Part shown: positions 9,833-19,608 of the stretch, in pieces
Numbering within the stretch: position 1 is the stretch's first letter
How the letters are laid out: the number at the start of each line of letters is the position of its first letter
Source: Candidatus Woesebacteria bacterium GW2011_GWB1_33_22
GTDB lineage: Bacteria > Patescibacteriota > Microgenomatia > UBA8517
Reading direction: 5' to 3'
NCBI GenBank assembly: GCA_000989765.1
Contig: LBOW01000002.1
Coordinates: 70,843 to 134,842, forward strand
Length of the DNA: 64,000 bases
Program-made: the position numbers and the translations under genes
The notes under the pieces: generated by a model
The model's input: only the letters and a program-made list of their open reading frames with translations
What the model was told of the DNA's origin: nothing
The model's database searches: none

Positions 9833-11492
9833 GTGACAATCTAATGCTTTTAATATTCCTATTAACTTCGTCTTTACTCTTACCCATAGAAATTAAAATA
9901 TTTTTGATAATTGATGTTGCGGCTTCAAACTCTGGTTGAACCAATTTATCAACTCTTAATAGTTTTAATTTTTCCCAATCTTCATCTAGATGAACTCTCG
10001 AAATAATTTTTGTGTTTGGAGATAGATTTTGGATATGGGCAATAACCGATTCTTGAGAAATTCTATCAGGAATCGCCACAATTACGGCCTTGGCAGATGA
10101 CACATTAGCCATTTCTAGAACCTCTTTTTCGGTAGGGTCTCCATAAATTGCCTTAATTCCTTTTTGCAGACAGTTGGTAATTATTTCTTGATCATAATCA
10201 ACAACCAAAAAATCAATCCCATTGTCATTTAATGCTTTACCAACCCATCCCCCCACTCTACCAAAACCCAAAATAATGATGTGGTCTTTAAGATTATTTC
10301 GAGTATTTGAACTTCTTTCAAGTGACGAAAACATCTTAAACCTGTTTTTTAATAATCGCCATAATTTAAATGCGTTTGCGTAAACGAGTGGAGAAACTAG
10401 AAGAGTAATCAAACCAACGGCAACCCCCGTTGAAGAAGTTTCTTTTGGCATAAGATGTAAAATAGTACTAGAACCAAAAATAATAAATGCAAACTCTCCT
10501 ACTTGAGAAAGTCCTAAGGCTGTCAAAACCATAGTCTTACCATTAAATCTAAAAATATAATTAATAATTAGTATCACAACAAATTTAACTAAAATAATGA
10601 GAATTGATATTGCAATAATCATTCCTAAATTAACAAAAACTACTTGAGGTGTAACAAAAAATCCCAATGTCACAAAAAAAAGCGCGACAAACAAATTTTT
10701 TAAAGGTCTTGTCTCAGCAAAAACCGCATGGTTTTCTTGAGATTCAGATATTACAAAACCTGCAATAAAAGCGCCCAATGCCGGCGAAATTCCAAAAAAG
10801 GTTGCAAGAAGTGCGGTTCCTACAGCCAAGGAAACTGAGGTTAAAAGTAAAAGTTCTCTCGAATTAAGAGCTGCAATTTTATGAATTATAAAAGGAACTA
10901 CGCTCTTACCCAAGATAACTGCTACAAGAATTAAAAAGATTGATTTTGTAAAGGCTAAAATTACAGGTAGAAAAACTGCTTCTTCACTGCTAACTAAAAA
11001 GGGTAATAATATCATTATCGGAACAACAGCCAAATCCTGAATAAGAAGCCACCCCACCATTAACTTTCCATGAACACTATCACTTTCACCCCTGTCAAAG
11101 AGCATCTTAATAATTACAGCAGTAGACGACATCGAAAAACCAATTGATAAAACCAGTGATGATATATTATCGATTCCAAAAAGCTTCAGGAGAAAATATA
11201 AAACTATTGTAACAATAACCATCTGCAAAATAGATGCAGCAAAGATTCGTTTCAAAAGACCTTTAAATTTATTAATTGAGAATTCTAATCCTATTGAGAA
11301 TAAAAGCAGTATTGAACCCAAGTCAGCAAGTCTCTCTAGACCATAATTTTTGATTGGAAAAATTGCACCAGCAACAACCCCTGCTAAAATATAGCCAACA
11401 ATTGCTGGAGCTTTAAATTTTTTTGCAACAAAACCTCCCAAAAGTGCAAAAACAGTAACTAAGAAAAGCCCAAGGGTAAAAGAATTTTCCAT
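9819..11492 (-). CDS. CPA2-family cation:proton antiporter (KefB-like) with C-terminal RCK/TrkA-N domain
   Basis: About 12 TM helices plus a Rossmann GxGxxG motif (IIILGFGRVGGWVG). Confidence 0.8.
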   Translation of the reverse strand: MENSFTLGLFLVTVFALLGGFVAKKFKAPAIVGYILAGVVAGAIFPIKNYGLERLADLGSILLLFSIGLEFSINKFKGLLKRIFAASILQMVIVTIVLYFLLKLFGIDNISSLVLSIGFSMSSTAVIIKMLFDRGESDSVHGKLMVGWLLIQDLAVVPIMILLPFLVSSEEAVFLPVILAFTKSIFLILVAVILGKSVVPFIIHKIAALNSRELLLLTSVSLAVGTALLATFFGISPALGAFIAGFVISESQENHAVFAETRPLKNLFVALFFVTLGFFVTPQVVFVNLGMIIAISILIILVKFVVILIINYIFRFNGKTMVLTALGLSQVGEFAFIIFGSSTILHLMPKETSSTGVAVGLITLLVSPLVYANAFKLWRLLKNRFKMFSSLERSSNTRNNLKDHIIILGFGRVGGWVGKALNDNGIDFLVVDYDQEIITNCLQKGIKAIYGDPTEKEVLEMANVSSAKAVIVAIPDRISQESVIAHIQNLSPNTKIISRVHLDEDWEKLKLLRVDKLVQPEFEAATSIIKNILISMGKSKDEVNRNIKSIRLSHAKI

Positions 11493-11506
11493 TTCTAATA
11501 TTAATC

Positions 11507-12205
11507 TTATGTTAATTTAGATAACTTTACTAGAGCTTCACCAAGATCCTCAGGCAAATCTATTTTAAAACTTACTTTTTTTTGAGTTTTTGGATGATTA
11601 AAAGATATTTCTCCAGCATGTAAAAAGAGTCTACTACACCATTTTCTATCTTTTCGAGCAGTTTTTCTGCCAGCATAAAACTCATCGGCAACTATTGGAA
11701 AACCTATATGTTTTAAATGAATTCTAATCTGATGAGTCCTCCCCGTTTTTGGCTTCAATTCTAATAATGTAAAATCGTTATAATATTTTATAACTTTATA
11801 TTCCGTTACGGCTTCTCTCCCACCAATTAGTACACCAAATCTATCTCTTCTCCATGGTAACCTACCTACTGGCTCATTAATTAAACCTTCTGGTTGCTCT
11901 ATTTTTCCATGAACTAAAGAGGTGTATGTTTTACTAACCAACCTCTCTTTAAATTGCCTCTGAAGGTCCTCAAAGGCACTTTGGGTCTTGGCCACAAGTA
12001 ATATTCCAGAAGTTTCTTTATCAAGTCTGTGAACAATCCCGTTTCGAAATTGAAAATTGTTAATTGAAAATTGTAAATTCTCTGCTATCCATTCTTGTAT
12101 AACAGGTTGATTTTTAGTAGTATTAGCAGAGTCTGTAATCCAGCCTGAAGGCTTCTCCAAAATAAAAAGAGACTCGTCTTCAAAAATTACTTTTGGGTTT
12201 TGCAT
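11507..12205 (-). CDS. RluA-family pseudouridine synthase
   Basis: Catalytic motif HRLDKETSGILLVAKT. Confidence 0.85.
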   Translation of the reverse strand: MQNPKVIFEDESLFILEKPSGWITDSANTTKNQPVIQEWIAENLQFSINNFQFRNGIVHRLDKETSGILLVAKTQSAFEDLQRQFKERLVSKTYTSLVHGKIEQPEGLINEPVGRLPWRRDRFGVLIGGREAVTEYKVIKYYNDFTLLELKPKTGRTHQIRIHLKHIGFPIVADEFYAGRKTARKDRKWCSRLFLHAGEISFNHPKTQKKVSFKIDLPEDLGEALVKLSKLT

Positions 12206-13179
12206 TAGAATATAAATTCCAAGACTATAAAAACAATATACATTAAAACTAAAATTAAAGCTTCAAATCTGTCCAGTCTATGCTTGCTACGAATAAAAAA
12301 CCAAAAAGTTAAAAATATGACAACGAAGGCAATTACCCCATTTCTATAATCTATAAAGGAAACAATATTAATTGGACTTATAACCGCAGTCAAACCAACA
12401 ATGAGTGTTGAGTTAGCAATTGTTGAACCTAGTAAATTTCCAAAAAACATTTTTGGTTCGCCGTTTTTAACACTTTTTAAAGAAAAAATAAGTTCAGGTA
12501 GCGACGTGCCTATAGCTAGAACAATTAGACTAATGACAAAAATGGGTATACCAAAAGAAATTGCCATGCTTTGTGAAGACTGGATTATCATTTGTGATGA
12601 AAAAAGCATTAAAGCCAGACTTACAAACATCTTTCCATACTCTTTACTAATATCAAAATCAATGTGGTTAATCTCTCTTAAAAACTTGTAGAAAAAGCTT
12701 TCTTGACTGTGCTGGTTGGTAACTTCTGCAAATTTTTCTTTGAAAAAACTAGCAGTGTAACTTGCATAAACAAAAAGAAGAACCAGTCCATCAACTCTTC
12801 CCAGTATTCCATCTGCAGCAAGTGCCATAGGTAATACTCCTGCTACAAGCGCTGTAAAAACATCTCTTTTAAGATAATCACCATGAACGTTTATTTTTCC
12901 TAGTAATAGAGCAACTATGCCAGTTATGACTGCTGTATTGGCAATATTACTTCCTAGGACTACTCCCAAAGAAATATTTGGCGACCCTTCAATGGCTGAT
13001 GTAATACCTACAAAAAGTTCTGGAAGAGAGGTTCCAACAGCAAGAATAATTGCAGAGATTGCAAAAACACCAATCTTACTTTTCCTTGCAATTCTTCTTA
13101 AGGAAACGATCACCCACTCTGCAGATTTAATTAATACAAATGAAAAAAAGACTAGGCCTAAAATCTGAAAAGAAATCAT
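12205..13179 (-). CDS. Ca2+/Na+ antiporter (CaCA/YrbG family)
   Basis: Two alpha-repeat motifs GTSLPEL. Confidence 0.8.
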   Translation of the reverse strand: MISFQILGLVFFSFVLIKSAEWVIVSLRRIARKSKIGVFAISAIILAVGTSLPELFVGITSAIEGSPNISLGVVLGSNIANTAVITGIVALLLGKINVHGDYLKRDVFTALVAGVLPMALAADGILGRVDGLVLLFVYASYTASFFKEKFAEVTNQHSQESFFYKFLREINHIDFDISKEYGKMFVSLALMLFSSQMIIQSSQSMAISFGIPIFVISLIVLAIGTSLPELIFSLKSVKNGEPKMFFGNLLGSTIANSTLIVGLTAVISPINIVSFIDYRNGVIAFVVIFLTFWFFIRSKHRLDRFEALILVLMYIVFIVLEFIF

Positions 13180-13204
13180 GAAGAAATTATACTATAAATC
13201 TATC

Positions 13205-13603
13205 TCAACTACTTTTTTCTTTTAATAGTTTTTTAATTAAATCTTTATCAAAAGTTTTAAAGTCAATCGCATTTTTGCTTTTTGCATAAACCAAGTTGTA
13301 ACAGTCAACTAAACCTAGACTTGAACCCGCGTAGATGTTTACTGCTTTTTCCAACAAATCAGAATTTTCAATTTCTATAAACTTCAGGCTTAATATCTTT
13401 TTCAGGGTTTGTATTACCTTTTCTTTATCTTTCTTAAATTGTCCAAGGATAACCCAATATACTTCAAAAAAAACAATTACAGAAGTAAACGGAGAAAATT
13501 TACCATCAGCAGATTTTAAAAAAAACTCTTTAGCTTCATTGTGTTGATTTGTAACATCAGCTAGTAAAAAACGTAAAAAGAAATTTGTATCAACAAAAGT
13601 CAT
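13205..13603 (-). CDS. vapC: PIN-domain toxin (VapC-like)
   Basis: N-terminal VDTNFFL and an acidic residue pattern. Overlaps the upstream antitoxin gene by 4 nt (ATGA). Confidence 0.7.
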   Translation of the reverse strand: MTFVDTNFFLRFLLADVTNQHNEAKEFFLKSADGKFSPFTSVIVFFEVYWVILGQFKKDKEKVIQTLKKILSLKFIEIENSDLLEKAVNIYAGSSLGLVDCYNLVYAKSKNAIDFKTFDKDLIKKLLKEKSS

Positions 13604-13860
13604 ATTGTGTTTTTGTAATAATCGTCTTTAGCCTTTTCAACCATTTTGTTTAAACTTAAATTCTTATATTCGCTTGTAACAGGCACTGAACCAGCCATAT
13701 CTTCAACCAACTGGCTCATTGGTTTTATTGTTATTAATCCTGCGTCTGCATCTACAACGTTAATTAAAAGTCTTTGTTGAGGTTTGTAATTTACAATTTT
13801 AAATAAATTTGATGGTATGGTAAATTGTCTCTTGCTAGTAATTGTAGCTAAATAATTCAT
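13600..13860 (-). CDS. vapB: AbrB/MazE-family antitoxin (VapB-like)
   Basis: SpoVT/AbrB-like swapped-hairpin motif (TSKRQFTIPSNLFKIV). Start placed at the internal Met MNYLATI. Confidence 0.6.
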   Translation of the reverse strand: MNYLATITSKRQFTIPSNLFKIVNYKPQQRLLINVVDADAGLITIKPMSQLVEDMAGSVPVTSEYKNLSLNKMVEKAKDDYYKNTI

Positions 13861-13913
13861 ATGCAAGGAGATTATATAATAGCAAGGAATACTTGTCAAT
13901 ACAAGGAAAAAAA

Positions 13914-14285
13914 TTACTTTTCTCTTTTCTTCTCACAAGAAACACACATTGTGGCCTCAGGAAAAACTGCTAAACGATCAGTATCAATCATCTTGCCACA
14001 GTCTTCACAAATTCCATACTTACCAATTTTGACTCTTTCGAGTGCTTTTTTTATTTGCTTTGATTTCCTATTTAATTCTTCTTTAATAGCCGTTACCCTT
14101 GCGTGTCCAAACTGTTCTTCAGCTTCAGTATCAGTTGCAGCATTGTCGAGATCTCTTGTTTTATCATTAAACGGATCTTCTGAGGAAATTTTCTTCTTGT
14201 TAATTTTTAAAGAAGCAAGTCTAGCGGTCAAAAAATCTCCAACGGGTTTTAATAAATTTTTGGGAAATGTGAGTTGTCTAGCCAT
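13914..14285 (-). CDS. DksA/TraR-family C4-type zinc-finger protein
   Basis: Coiled-coil followed by CEDCGKxI...CVSC. Confidence 0.7.
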   Translation of the reverse strand: MARQLTFPKNLLKPVGDFLTARLASLKINKKKISSEDPFNDKTRDLDNAATDTEAEEQFGHARVTAIKEELNRKSKQIKKALERVKIGKYGICEDCGKMIDTDRLAVFPEATMCVSCEKKREK

Positions 14286-14844
14286 CACGTTTTGATAGTT
14301 TAAATAATAACAAAAAACTAATAAAAGCAATAGTACCAGAAAATAAATATTCAAATTTTTGTGCGGAAAAAAAAAGTTTGATTATAAAAAATATACCTAA
14401 AGTTGCCAAACCTGAAAAACCTACCCTACCAGACTTGTACCAAGTAAAAGTTCTATAAAAATTGTCAAAAAGAAAAAATATAAAAATAGAAGTCAAACTA
14501 ACCCAAAAGATGAGAAAGGATGAGAGATTGGAACGCATAATAGAATCGGTTAGATAAAACAATGACAACCAAGGTAAAATCGAAACAATTAAAGCATCAA
14601 GACTTTCAAATAGTTTTAATTTAAATCTAAAAATGACAATCAATTGCGCGATTGCTATTGTTAGTAGTGTAATCCAAAACCAATAGGCTACAAATAAATA
14701 CTTCGAAAATAAAGTTCCAAGTAAAATACCTAGTACTAAAACAAAACCAGAATTAAAAATTTTTTCACTTGAATAATCATCTTTTAATTTCTTCCAATAT
14801 AGGTAGAAAAATAAAAAAAATCCTAAAATATTTGCAATTACCAT
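14278..14844 (-). CDS. hypothetical integral membrane protein
   Basis: Multiple TM segments. Confidence 0.45.
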   Translation of the reverse strand: MVIANILGFFLFFYLYWKKLKDDYSSEKIFNSGFVLVLGILLGTLFSKYLFVAYWFWITLLTIAIAQLIVIFRFKLKLFESLDALIVSILPWLSLFYLTDSIMRSNLSSFLIFWVSLTSIFIFFLFDNFYRTFTWYKSGRVGFSGLATLGIFFIIKLFFSAQKFEYLFSGTIAFISFLLLFKLSKRDG

Positions 14845-14870
14845 CGTAAAGATAATATCATATTAGTTAC

Positions 14871-15332
14871 ATGCTTGAAACACCACACGTAGCACTTGGA
14901 ATTGCAATGGCAGTTAAAACTGGTAACCCTTGGGTTGCAATACCTTTATCGCTTGCTAGTCACTTTTTACTCGACAGAGTCCCACATTGGAATCCTCATT
15001 TTTATACTGAAACTCAAAAGTTTGGGCAACCTAAAAAAATTAGTACTTATATTGCAGTTGTTGATGAGATGATTGCCATTGCCTTGACTTTATTTATAGC
15101 ATATAAGTTTATGCCTGATGTAAATAAATCTTTTCTTATTCTTATTTGTTCTCTCCTTTCAGTTCTTCCAGACCAAATTAAAATTCCCTACTTTTTCTGT
15201 AACAGGCGATTTGGATTAATTAAAAAATGGGTAGATTTTGAAAGGTCAATTCAAGTTGAAGTTGGACCTGTTTGGGGAATTTTAACCCAGACTATTGTTG
15301 TTTTAGTTTCTTTTTATTGGGTCTTTAGCTAA
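14871..15332 (+). CDS. membrane-bound metal-dependent hydrolase-like protein (DUF457/YdjM-like), hypothetical
   Basis: TM segments with His-rich motifs (HFLLDRVPHWNPH). Confidence 0.4.
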   Translation: MLETPHVALGIAMAVKTGNPWVAIPLSLASHFLLDRVPHWNPHFYTETQKFGQPKKISTYIAVVDEMIAIALTLFIAYKFMPDVNKSFLILICSLLSVLPDQIKIPYFFCNRRFGLIKKWVDFERSIQVEVGPVWGILTQTIVVLVSFYWVFS

Positions 15333-15346
15333 ATTCTAGATTCTAG

Positions 15347-15919
15347 TCACTCGTTCTTAGCGCGCTCTACATATTCTCCACTTCGTGTGTCCACTCTAAT
15401 TTTTTCTCCTACTTCTATAAATAATGGAACTTTAACATCAAGTCCATTTTCAAGCTTTGCAGATTTTAAAAAGTTACTAGCAGAATTTCCTTTTACTCCA
15501 GGGTCACAATCAGTAACTTTCAAAGTTACCTTAGGAGGAAGGTCAACTGACATGGCGCGATCGTTCCAAAATAAAATATTTACTTCCTCACCCTCCTTAA
15601 CATAAAAAATATCTGTTCCTAAGATAGAAAGTGGAACTTCTATCTGATCATAACTACGAGGATCCATAAATGTGGCAACTTTGCTGTCTTTGTAAAGATA
15701 TTGTAGACTTCTTTTTTGAAGATCAATTTTTTCAAAACTTAGGTTACTTGAGAAAGCGTGTTCAATGTTAGCTCCATTTTCAAGGTTAATACAATTAACT
15801 CTTACTGTTGCTCCTCCCCTACCCATTTTAATTAGGTTATATTTGGTAACCTTAAAAGGCTTTCCTTCATAAAGAAAAGCAATCCCCGCCCTTAAGTCTG
15901 TTGCATTCACATTTGCCAT
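15347..15919 (-). CDS. efp: elongation factor P
   Basis: KPGKG-like loop (KMGRGGATV) and three OB/KOW domains. Confidence 0.85.
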   Translation of the reverse strand: MANVNATDLRAGIAFLYEGKPFKVTKYNLIKMGRGGATVRVNCINLENGANIEHAFSSNLSFEKIDLQKRSLQYLYKDSKVATFMDPRSYDQIEVPLSILGTDIFYVKEGEEVNILFWNDRAMSVDLPPKVTLKVTDCDPGVKGNSASNFLKSAKLENGLDVKVPLFIEVGEKIRVDTRSGEYVERAKNE

Positions 15920-15934
15920 ATTGTAGATATTATA

Positions 15935-16198
15935 TCAGGCTCCGACGAAAACTACATTCTGAAGTTGTTTAATTTCATCTGAATATGTAGCAATTCGTCC
16001 TGATTGCATAGTTAATTCTTCATCAAACTTTTTGAACTGTCCAGCAATAGAATCAAGTTGAGTTAGAACAATATCTAGTTTGTTGTCTGTTTTATCAAAT
16101 CTACCTTCCAAACTACTTAATTTATCATCTACTTGAGAAAATTTGTAATCCATTCTGATCCTTAATTTTTCAACTTCACTTAATTTTTTCTTGATCAT
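15935..16198 (-). CDS. hypothetical coiled-coil protein (87 aa)
   Basis: ORF only. Confidence 0.35.
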   Translation of the reverse strand: MIKKKLSEVEKLRIRMDYKFSQVDDKLSSLEGRFDKTDNKLDIVLTQLDSIAGQFKKFDEELTMQSGRIATYSDEIKQLQNVVFVGA

Positions 16199-16258
16199 TA
16201 TTTAAATATATTCTTTGAAAAGAAAAGTGTCAATGATACAATATGAATCAAGATTCTT

Positions 16259-16346
16259 GGCTGGGTGGCGAAATGGCAGACGCGCAGGTCTCAAAAACCT
16301 GTGAGGATAACACCTCATGAGGGTTCGACTCCCTCCCCAGCCACCA
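16259..16346 (+). tRNA. tRNA-Leu(CAA), type II with long variable arm, CCA encoded
   Basis: Acceptor GGCTGGG/CCCAGCC, anticodon loop CTCAAAA, T-loop TTCGACT. Confidence 0.8.
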
Positions 16347-16386
16347 CGTTTAACGTGGTAATCGGTACGCTTAGCGTACCACAAAA

Positions 16387-18984
16387 TTATTTTGTGTGTT
16401 TTGTGTCACGAGGATAAAACTTAATTCTATCTCCCTTGAAGAATAATGGAACTGAAGCAAGGGGTCCGTTTCTGTGTTTAGCTATATCTAAAACTATATT
16501 TTCATTATTGTCTTCATCTTCACGCCACAAAAACATAACCACATCTGAGTCCTGTTCAATGCTGTTATGAACGATAATATCGTTAGCTACAAAATTAGCA
16601 TTTTTAGGTACTGTTGCATCATAAACCTTTTTAATTCCTTGAAATTCAATTGAACGAACTTCATCCCAATAAATATCTGATTGAGCAAATTTTCTTAATT
16701 CTTGATTTTTTAACTCTTTATAAATAGATAAAAGTCTATTTCTACCAATCCCATTTTCATATCTTTGAGTTCCACTATATGCCCAGTTCATTCTTTTGTG
16801 AAATTCTCTTGTGGTAATATTGTTTTGCTTTAGCAAAATTTTAATATAATCCCATATTTCTTTTGGTATTACATCATTATTTGGATTTTCTGTAATATTT
16901 TCCAAAAAGTTTATTGCTTTTTTGACTTGCTCTTTTTTATTACCAACACAACCTATATCATGCAAGAATTTTAATTGTTCGATTTTCCCTTGAACATAAA
17001 CATTCCATATATCTTCATAGCCCACTTTTGATGTTTTCCCTATTTTAGATATTATTCCTAAACGCAATAACAAATGTTGAACTTGTTTTATCAAATCTTT
17101 ATTCCCTGAGGCATAATAAACTGATACTTTTGACTTTTTACCAATTTGCGTGTGGATACAACCATCAGTAGCCCATAAGTGTTTTAAAAATAACTTAATT
17201 TTTTTGCTATTCAGCTCAAAAATTTGATCAGGAATAATCTTTTCTCTTGAATGTTGACCATATACTCCTAATTCCTCATCCAACCATTTTACAAGTGGAT
17301 TTCTTTTTCCTCTAGCCAATCTTTCAGAAGCAGATAAATAAAGATGATACCAATTTTCTTGTTTTACAATTCTTGGAGTGATTGAGAACTCTTTAACAGC
17401 TGCTTTTTTAACAATTGAAATTAGTTTCATATCTGAATTTGTATAATGAATCGGTTGTCTTTTTACATAACAGCCATCGCCAATCATGTGTGCCAAAACA
17501 ATCAATTTATCGTTGGATATGTTTGCTTTGCCAATAACAGATAAAATTCTCGGTATCGCTAATCTATCACCGATTTTTAATTCGTCAAGCCGTATCCAAT
17601 TATTCAATTTTAAAAATTTATGATTAGCAGAAGCTGTTATTTCTCTACCACTCTTAAGAACTAATTTGTAAACCTTCTTTATCCCGCTAAAAAAGACTTT
17701 TGTTATTATTGATTCTTCCAGTTTTAAATTTGAATTCAATGTACTAACTTGAAGGTTATTTTTACCAATTAATGAATCGATTCGTACGCGTTTACCAGAT
17801 GGATATAAAGTTATTAAACTATTTCCTAAAAGGCATCCAGATTCACGAAGGTCCGAAAGTTGGGGCTTTCTGGTTCCTCTCTGTTCCACTCCACGAGATA
17901 ATTGTGATAGAGCAAGAACTGGAACTTTAAGCTCTCTTGCTAAGTTTTTAAGTCCTTGAGAAATTTCACTAACCTCTTGAACTCTGTTTTCTAAATTCCT
18001 GCTTCTAGCAAGTTGCAGATAATCTACAATTATTAAATCAAGTCCATGTTCTACTTGAAGACGTCTTGCTTTTGTTCTCATTTCTAAGATAGAAAGTGCT
18101 GGAGTATCATCAATGTAAAGGGATGCTTCAGCTAAGATCCCCATAGCATTTGAAAGTTTAGTAAAGTCATCCTCTGTTAATTTTCCGGTCTTTAACCTCC
18201 AAGCATCAATATCTGCTTGAGCAACGAGAAGCCTATCTACCAATTCTTCCTTGCTCATTTCCAGAGAGAAAAAGCCTACATTTTTTTTGTCAACTACGGC
18301 AGCGTTTTGTGCAATACCCAAAGCAAAAGATGTTTTACCAATAGAAGGTCTAGCTGCTAAAATAATTAAATTACTTTTTTGTAAACCAGCCAGAGCATTA
18401 TCTAAAGTTTCAAATCCTGTTGAGATACCTCTTAAACCCTCCCCTTGTTTATGAAGCTCGTCAAGCCGATCAAAACTTTCAGCCAAGGTATCACGAACGG
18501 AAGTAAAAGCTTTAGTTAAATGTTTTTGAGTTAATGAGAAAACTTCAGATTCGGCTTTATCTAAAAGTTCTGCTGAAGAAACTCCCTCATCAGTTGAAAA
18601 ATCCAATAAGCGTGAGGCTGCCTTCATTAAAGCTCTTTTAACGGCTAAGTCTTTAACTATTTTTCCATAATGTTCGACGTGAGCTGCAGTTGGAACTTTG
18701 TTAGCAACATCAGTTAAGTATGATGCTCCACCAATTTTTTTTAAATTTTTGTTTTTCTTTAGTTTTTCAGTAACTGTTAAAACGTCAACGGGAGATCTTT
18801 CTTCAAAAAGAGATAACATTGCTTCATATATTTCTTTATGACGTTCATCATAGAAGTCTTCAGAAAGTAAGAAGTCGGCAACAGCAATAACCGCATCTTT
18901 ATCAAGAAGGAGTGCACCAAGGACACTTTGTTCAGCCTCAACACTGTGGGGTGGTACTCTAATTTGATTATTATCTTGAGCCAT
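16387..18984 (-). CDS. dnaB: replicative DNA helicase DnaB interrupted by a ~424 aa intein
   Basis: Walker A ARPSIGKTSF; the RecA-like core is split at RESG|C...HN|SIEQDSDVVMF. Confidence 0.9.
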   Translation of the reverse strand: MAQDNNQIRVPPHSVEAEQSVLGALLLDKDAVIAVADFLLSEDFYDERHKEIYEAMLSLFEERSPVDVLTVTEKLKKNKNLKKIGGASYLTDVANKVPTAAHVEHYGKIVKDLAVKRALMKAASRLLDFSTDEGVSSAELLDKAESEVFSLTQKHLTKAFTSVRDTLAESFDRLDELHKQGEGLRGISTGFETLDNALAGLQKSNLIILAARPSIGKTSFALGIAQNAAVVDKKNVGFFSLEMSKEELVDRLLVAQADIDAWRLKTGKLTEDDFTKLSNAMGILAEASLYIDDTPALSILEMRTKARRLQVEHGLDLIIVDYLQLARSRNLENRVQEVSEISQGLKNLARELKVPVLALSQLSRGVEQRGTRKPQLSDLRESGCLLGNSLITLYPSGKRVRIDSLIGKNNLQVSTLNSNLKLEESIITKVFFSGIKKVYKLVLKSGREITASANHKFLKLNNWIRLDELKIGDRLAIPRILSVIGKANISNDKLIVLAHMIGDGCYVKRQPIHYTNSDMKLISIVKKAAVKEFSITPRIVKQENWYHLYLSASERLARGKRNPLVKWLDEELGVYGQHSREKIIPDQIFELNSKKIKLFLKHLWATDGCIHTQIGKKSKVSVYYASGNKDLIKQVQHLLLRLGIISKIGKTSKVGYEDIWNVYVQGKIEQLKFLHDIGCVGNKKEQVKKAINFLENITENPNNDVIPKEIWDYIKILLKQNNITTREFHKRMNWAYSGTQRYENGIGRNRLLSIYKELKNQELRKFAQSDIYWDEVRSIEFQGIKKVYDATVPKNANFVANDIIVHNSIEQDSDVVMFLWREDEDNNENIVLDIAKHRNGPLASVPLFFKGDRIKFYPRDTKHTK
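16564..17835 (-). mobile_element. DnaB intein with LAGLIDADG homing-endonuclease domain
   Basis: Starts Cys after DLRESG, ends VHN before SIEQD. Motifs LAHMIGDGCY and LKHLWATDGCIH. Confidence 0.8.
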
Positions 18985-19012
18985 AAATATTTTCCCTTTG
19001 GAGCAGAATTTG

Positions 19013-19044
19013 TTAGAATCTAGAATCTAGTGACTAGAATCTAG
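19013..19044. repeat. CTAG-rich palindromic intergenic motif (TAGAATCTAGA repeats)
   Basis: TAGAATCTAGAATCTAGTGACTAGAATCTAGA lies between the dnaB start and the upstream gene end. Confidence 0.6.
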
Positions 19045-19527
19045 AACAACGATCGTCGTCGGAGTTTCTTCAATAATTTCTTCCTTTTTAAGATTAAATT
19101 TGGGCATTTTTTCAACAGTCATTCCACTTTCTTTTAAAAACTTGTCTAATTCTTCTTGATTGTTTTGCCCAAAGGGTATTACATAGTAACTTTCAAGTTG
19201 TTGCATCATCACAATTGATGTTGCACAAACGGGTAGTAATAAAATATCAACATCACCCACTGCTGAAACTTTTGAATCGGCAAGTTTCTTAGTTAAATTA
19301 TTTAAGTTACAAATTCTTAACCCATCTACTTCATAAATAAATAAATTTCCTTCCTCTGTTTGCAAGCCGATTACAGAAATTCCTGAAACTTCATATTCCC
19401 CCGCCCCTAAAAGCTCTTTTGAAGAAGTGCCGTCTGATGTTTCTATCGACACTCCATCTGGCTTTGAGTATAAAACACCAGTCCTACCTTTAATTCTAAA
19501 TTCATTATTTTTAATTGTTATATCCAT
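19027..19527 (-). CDS. hypothetical protein, possibly a degenerate MBL-fold-like domain
   Basis: Weak resemblance to the C-terminal half of UPF0173-type hydrolases (DVDILLLPV...YVIPFG), but no HxHxDH motif. Confidence 0.35.
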   Translation of the reverse strand: MDITIKNNEFRIKGRTGVLYSKPDGVSIETSDGTSSKELLGAGEYEVSGISVIGLQTEEGNLFIYEVDGLRICNLNNLTKKLADSKVSAVGDVDILLLPVCATSIVMMQQLESYYVIPFGQNNQEELDKFLKESGMTVEKMPKFNLKKEEIIEETPTTIVVLDSSH

Positions 19528-19608
19528 ACTATATTTACCTTATCACTTTATATCTTAAAACTGAAATGTTGACAAGGGGGCACTTTTAACCGTATATTAA
19601 CAAACGCT

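Noticed and set aside
16202-16384. 60-aa minus-strand ORF
   Set aside because: It overlaps tRNA-Leu(CAA) completely, so it is spurious.
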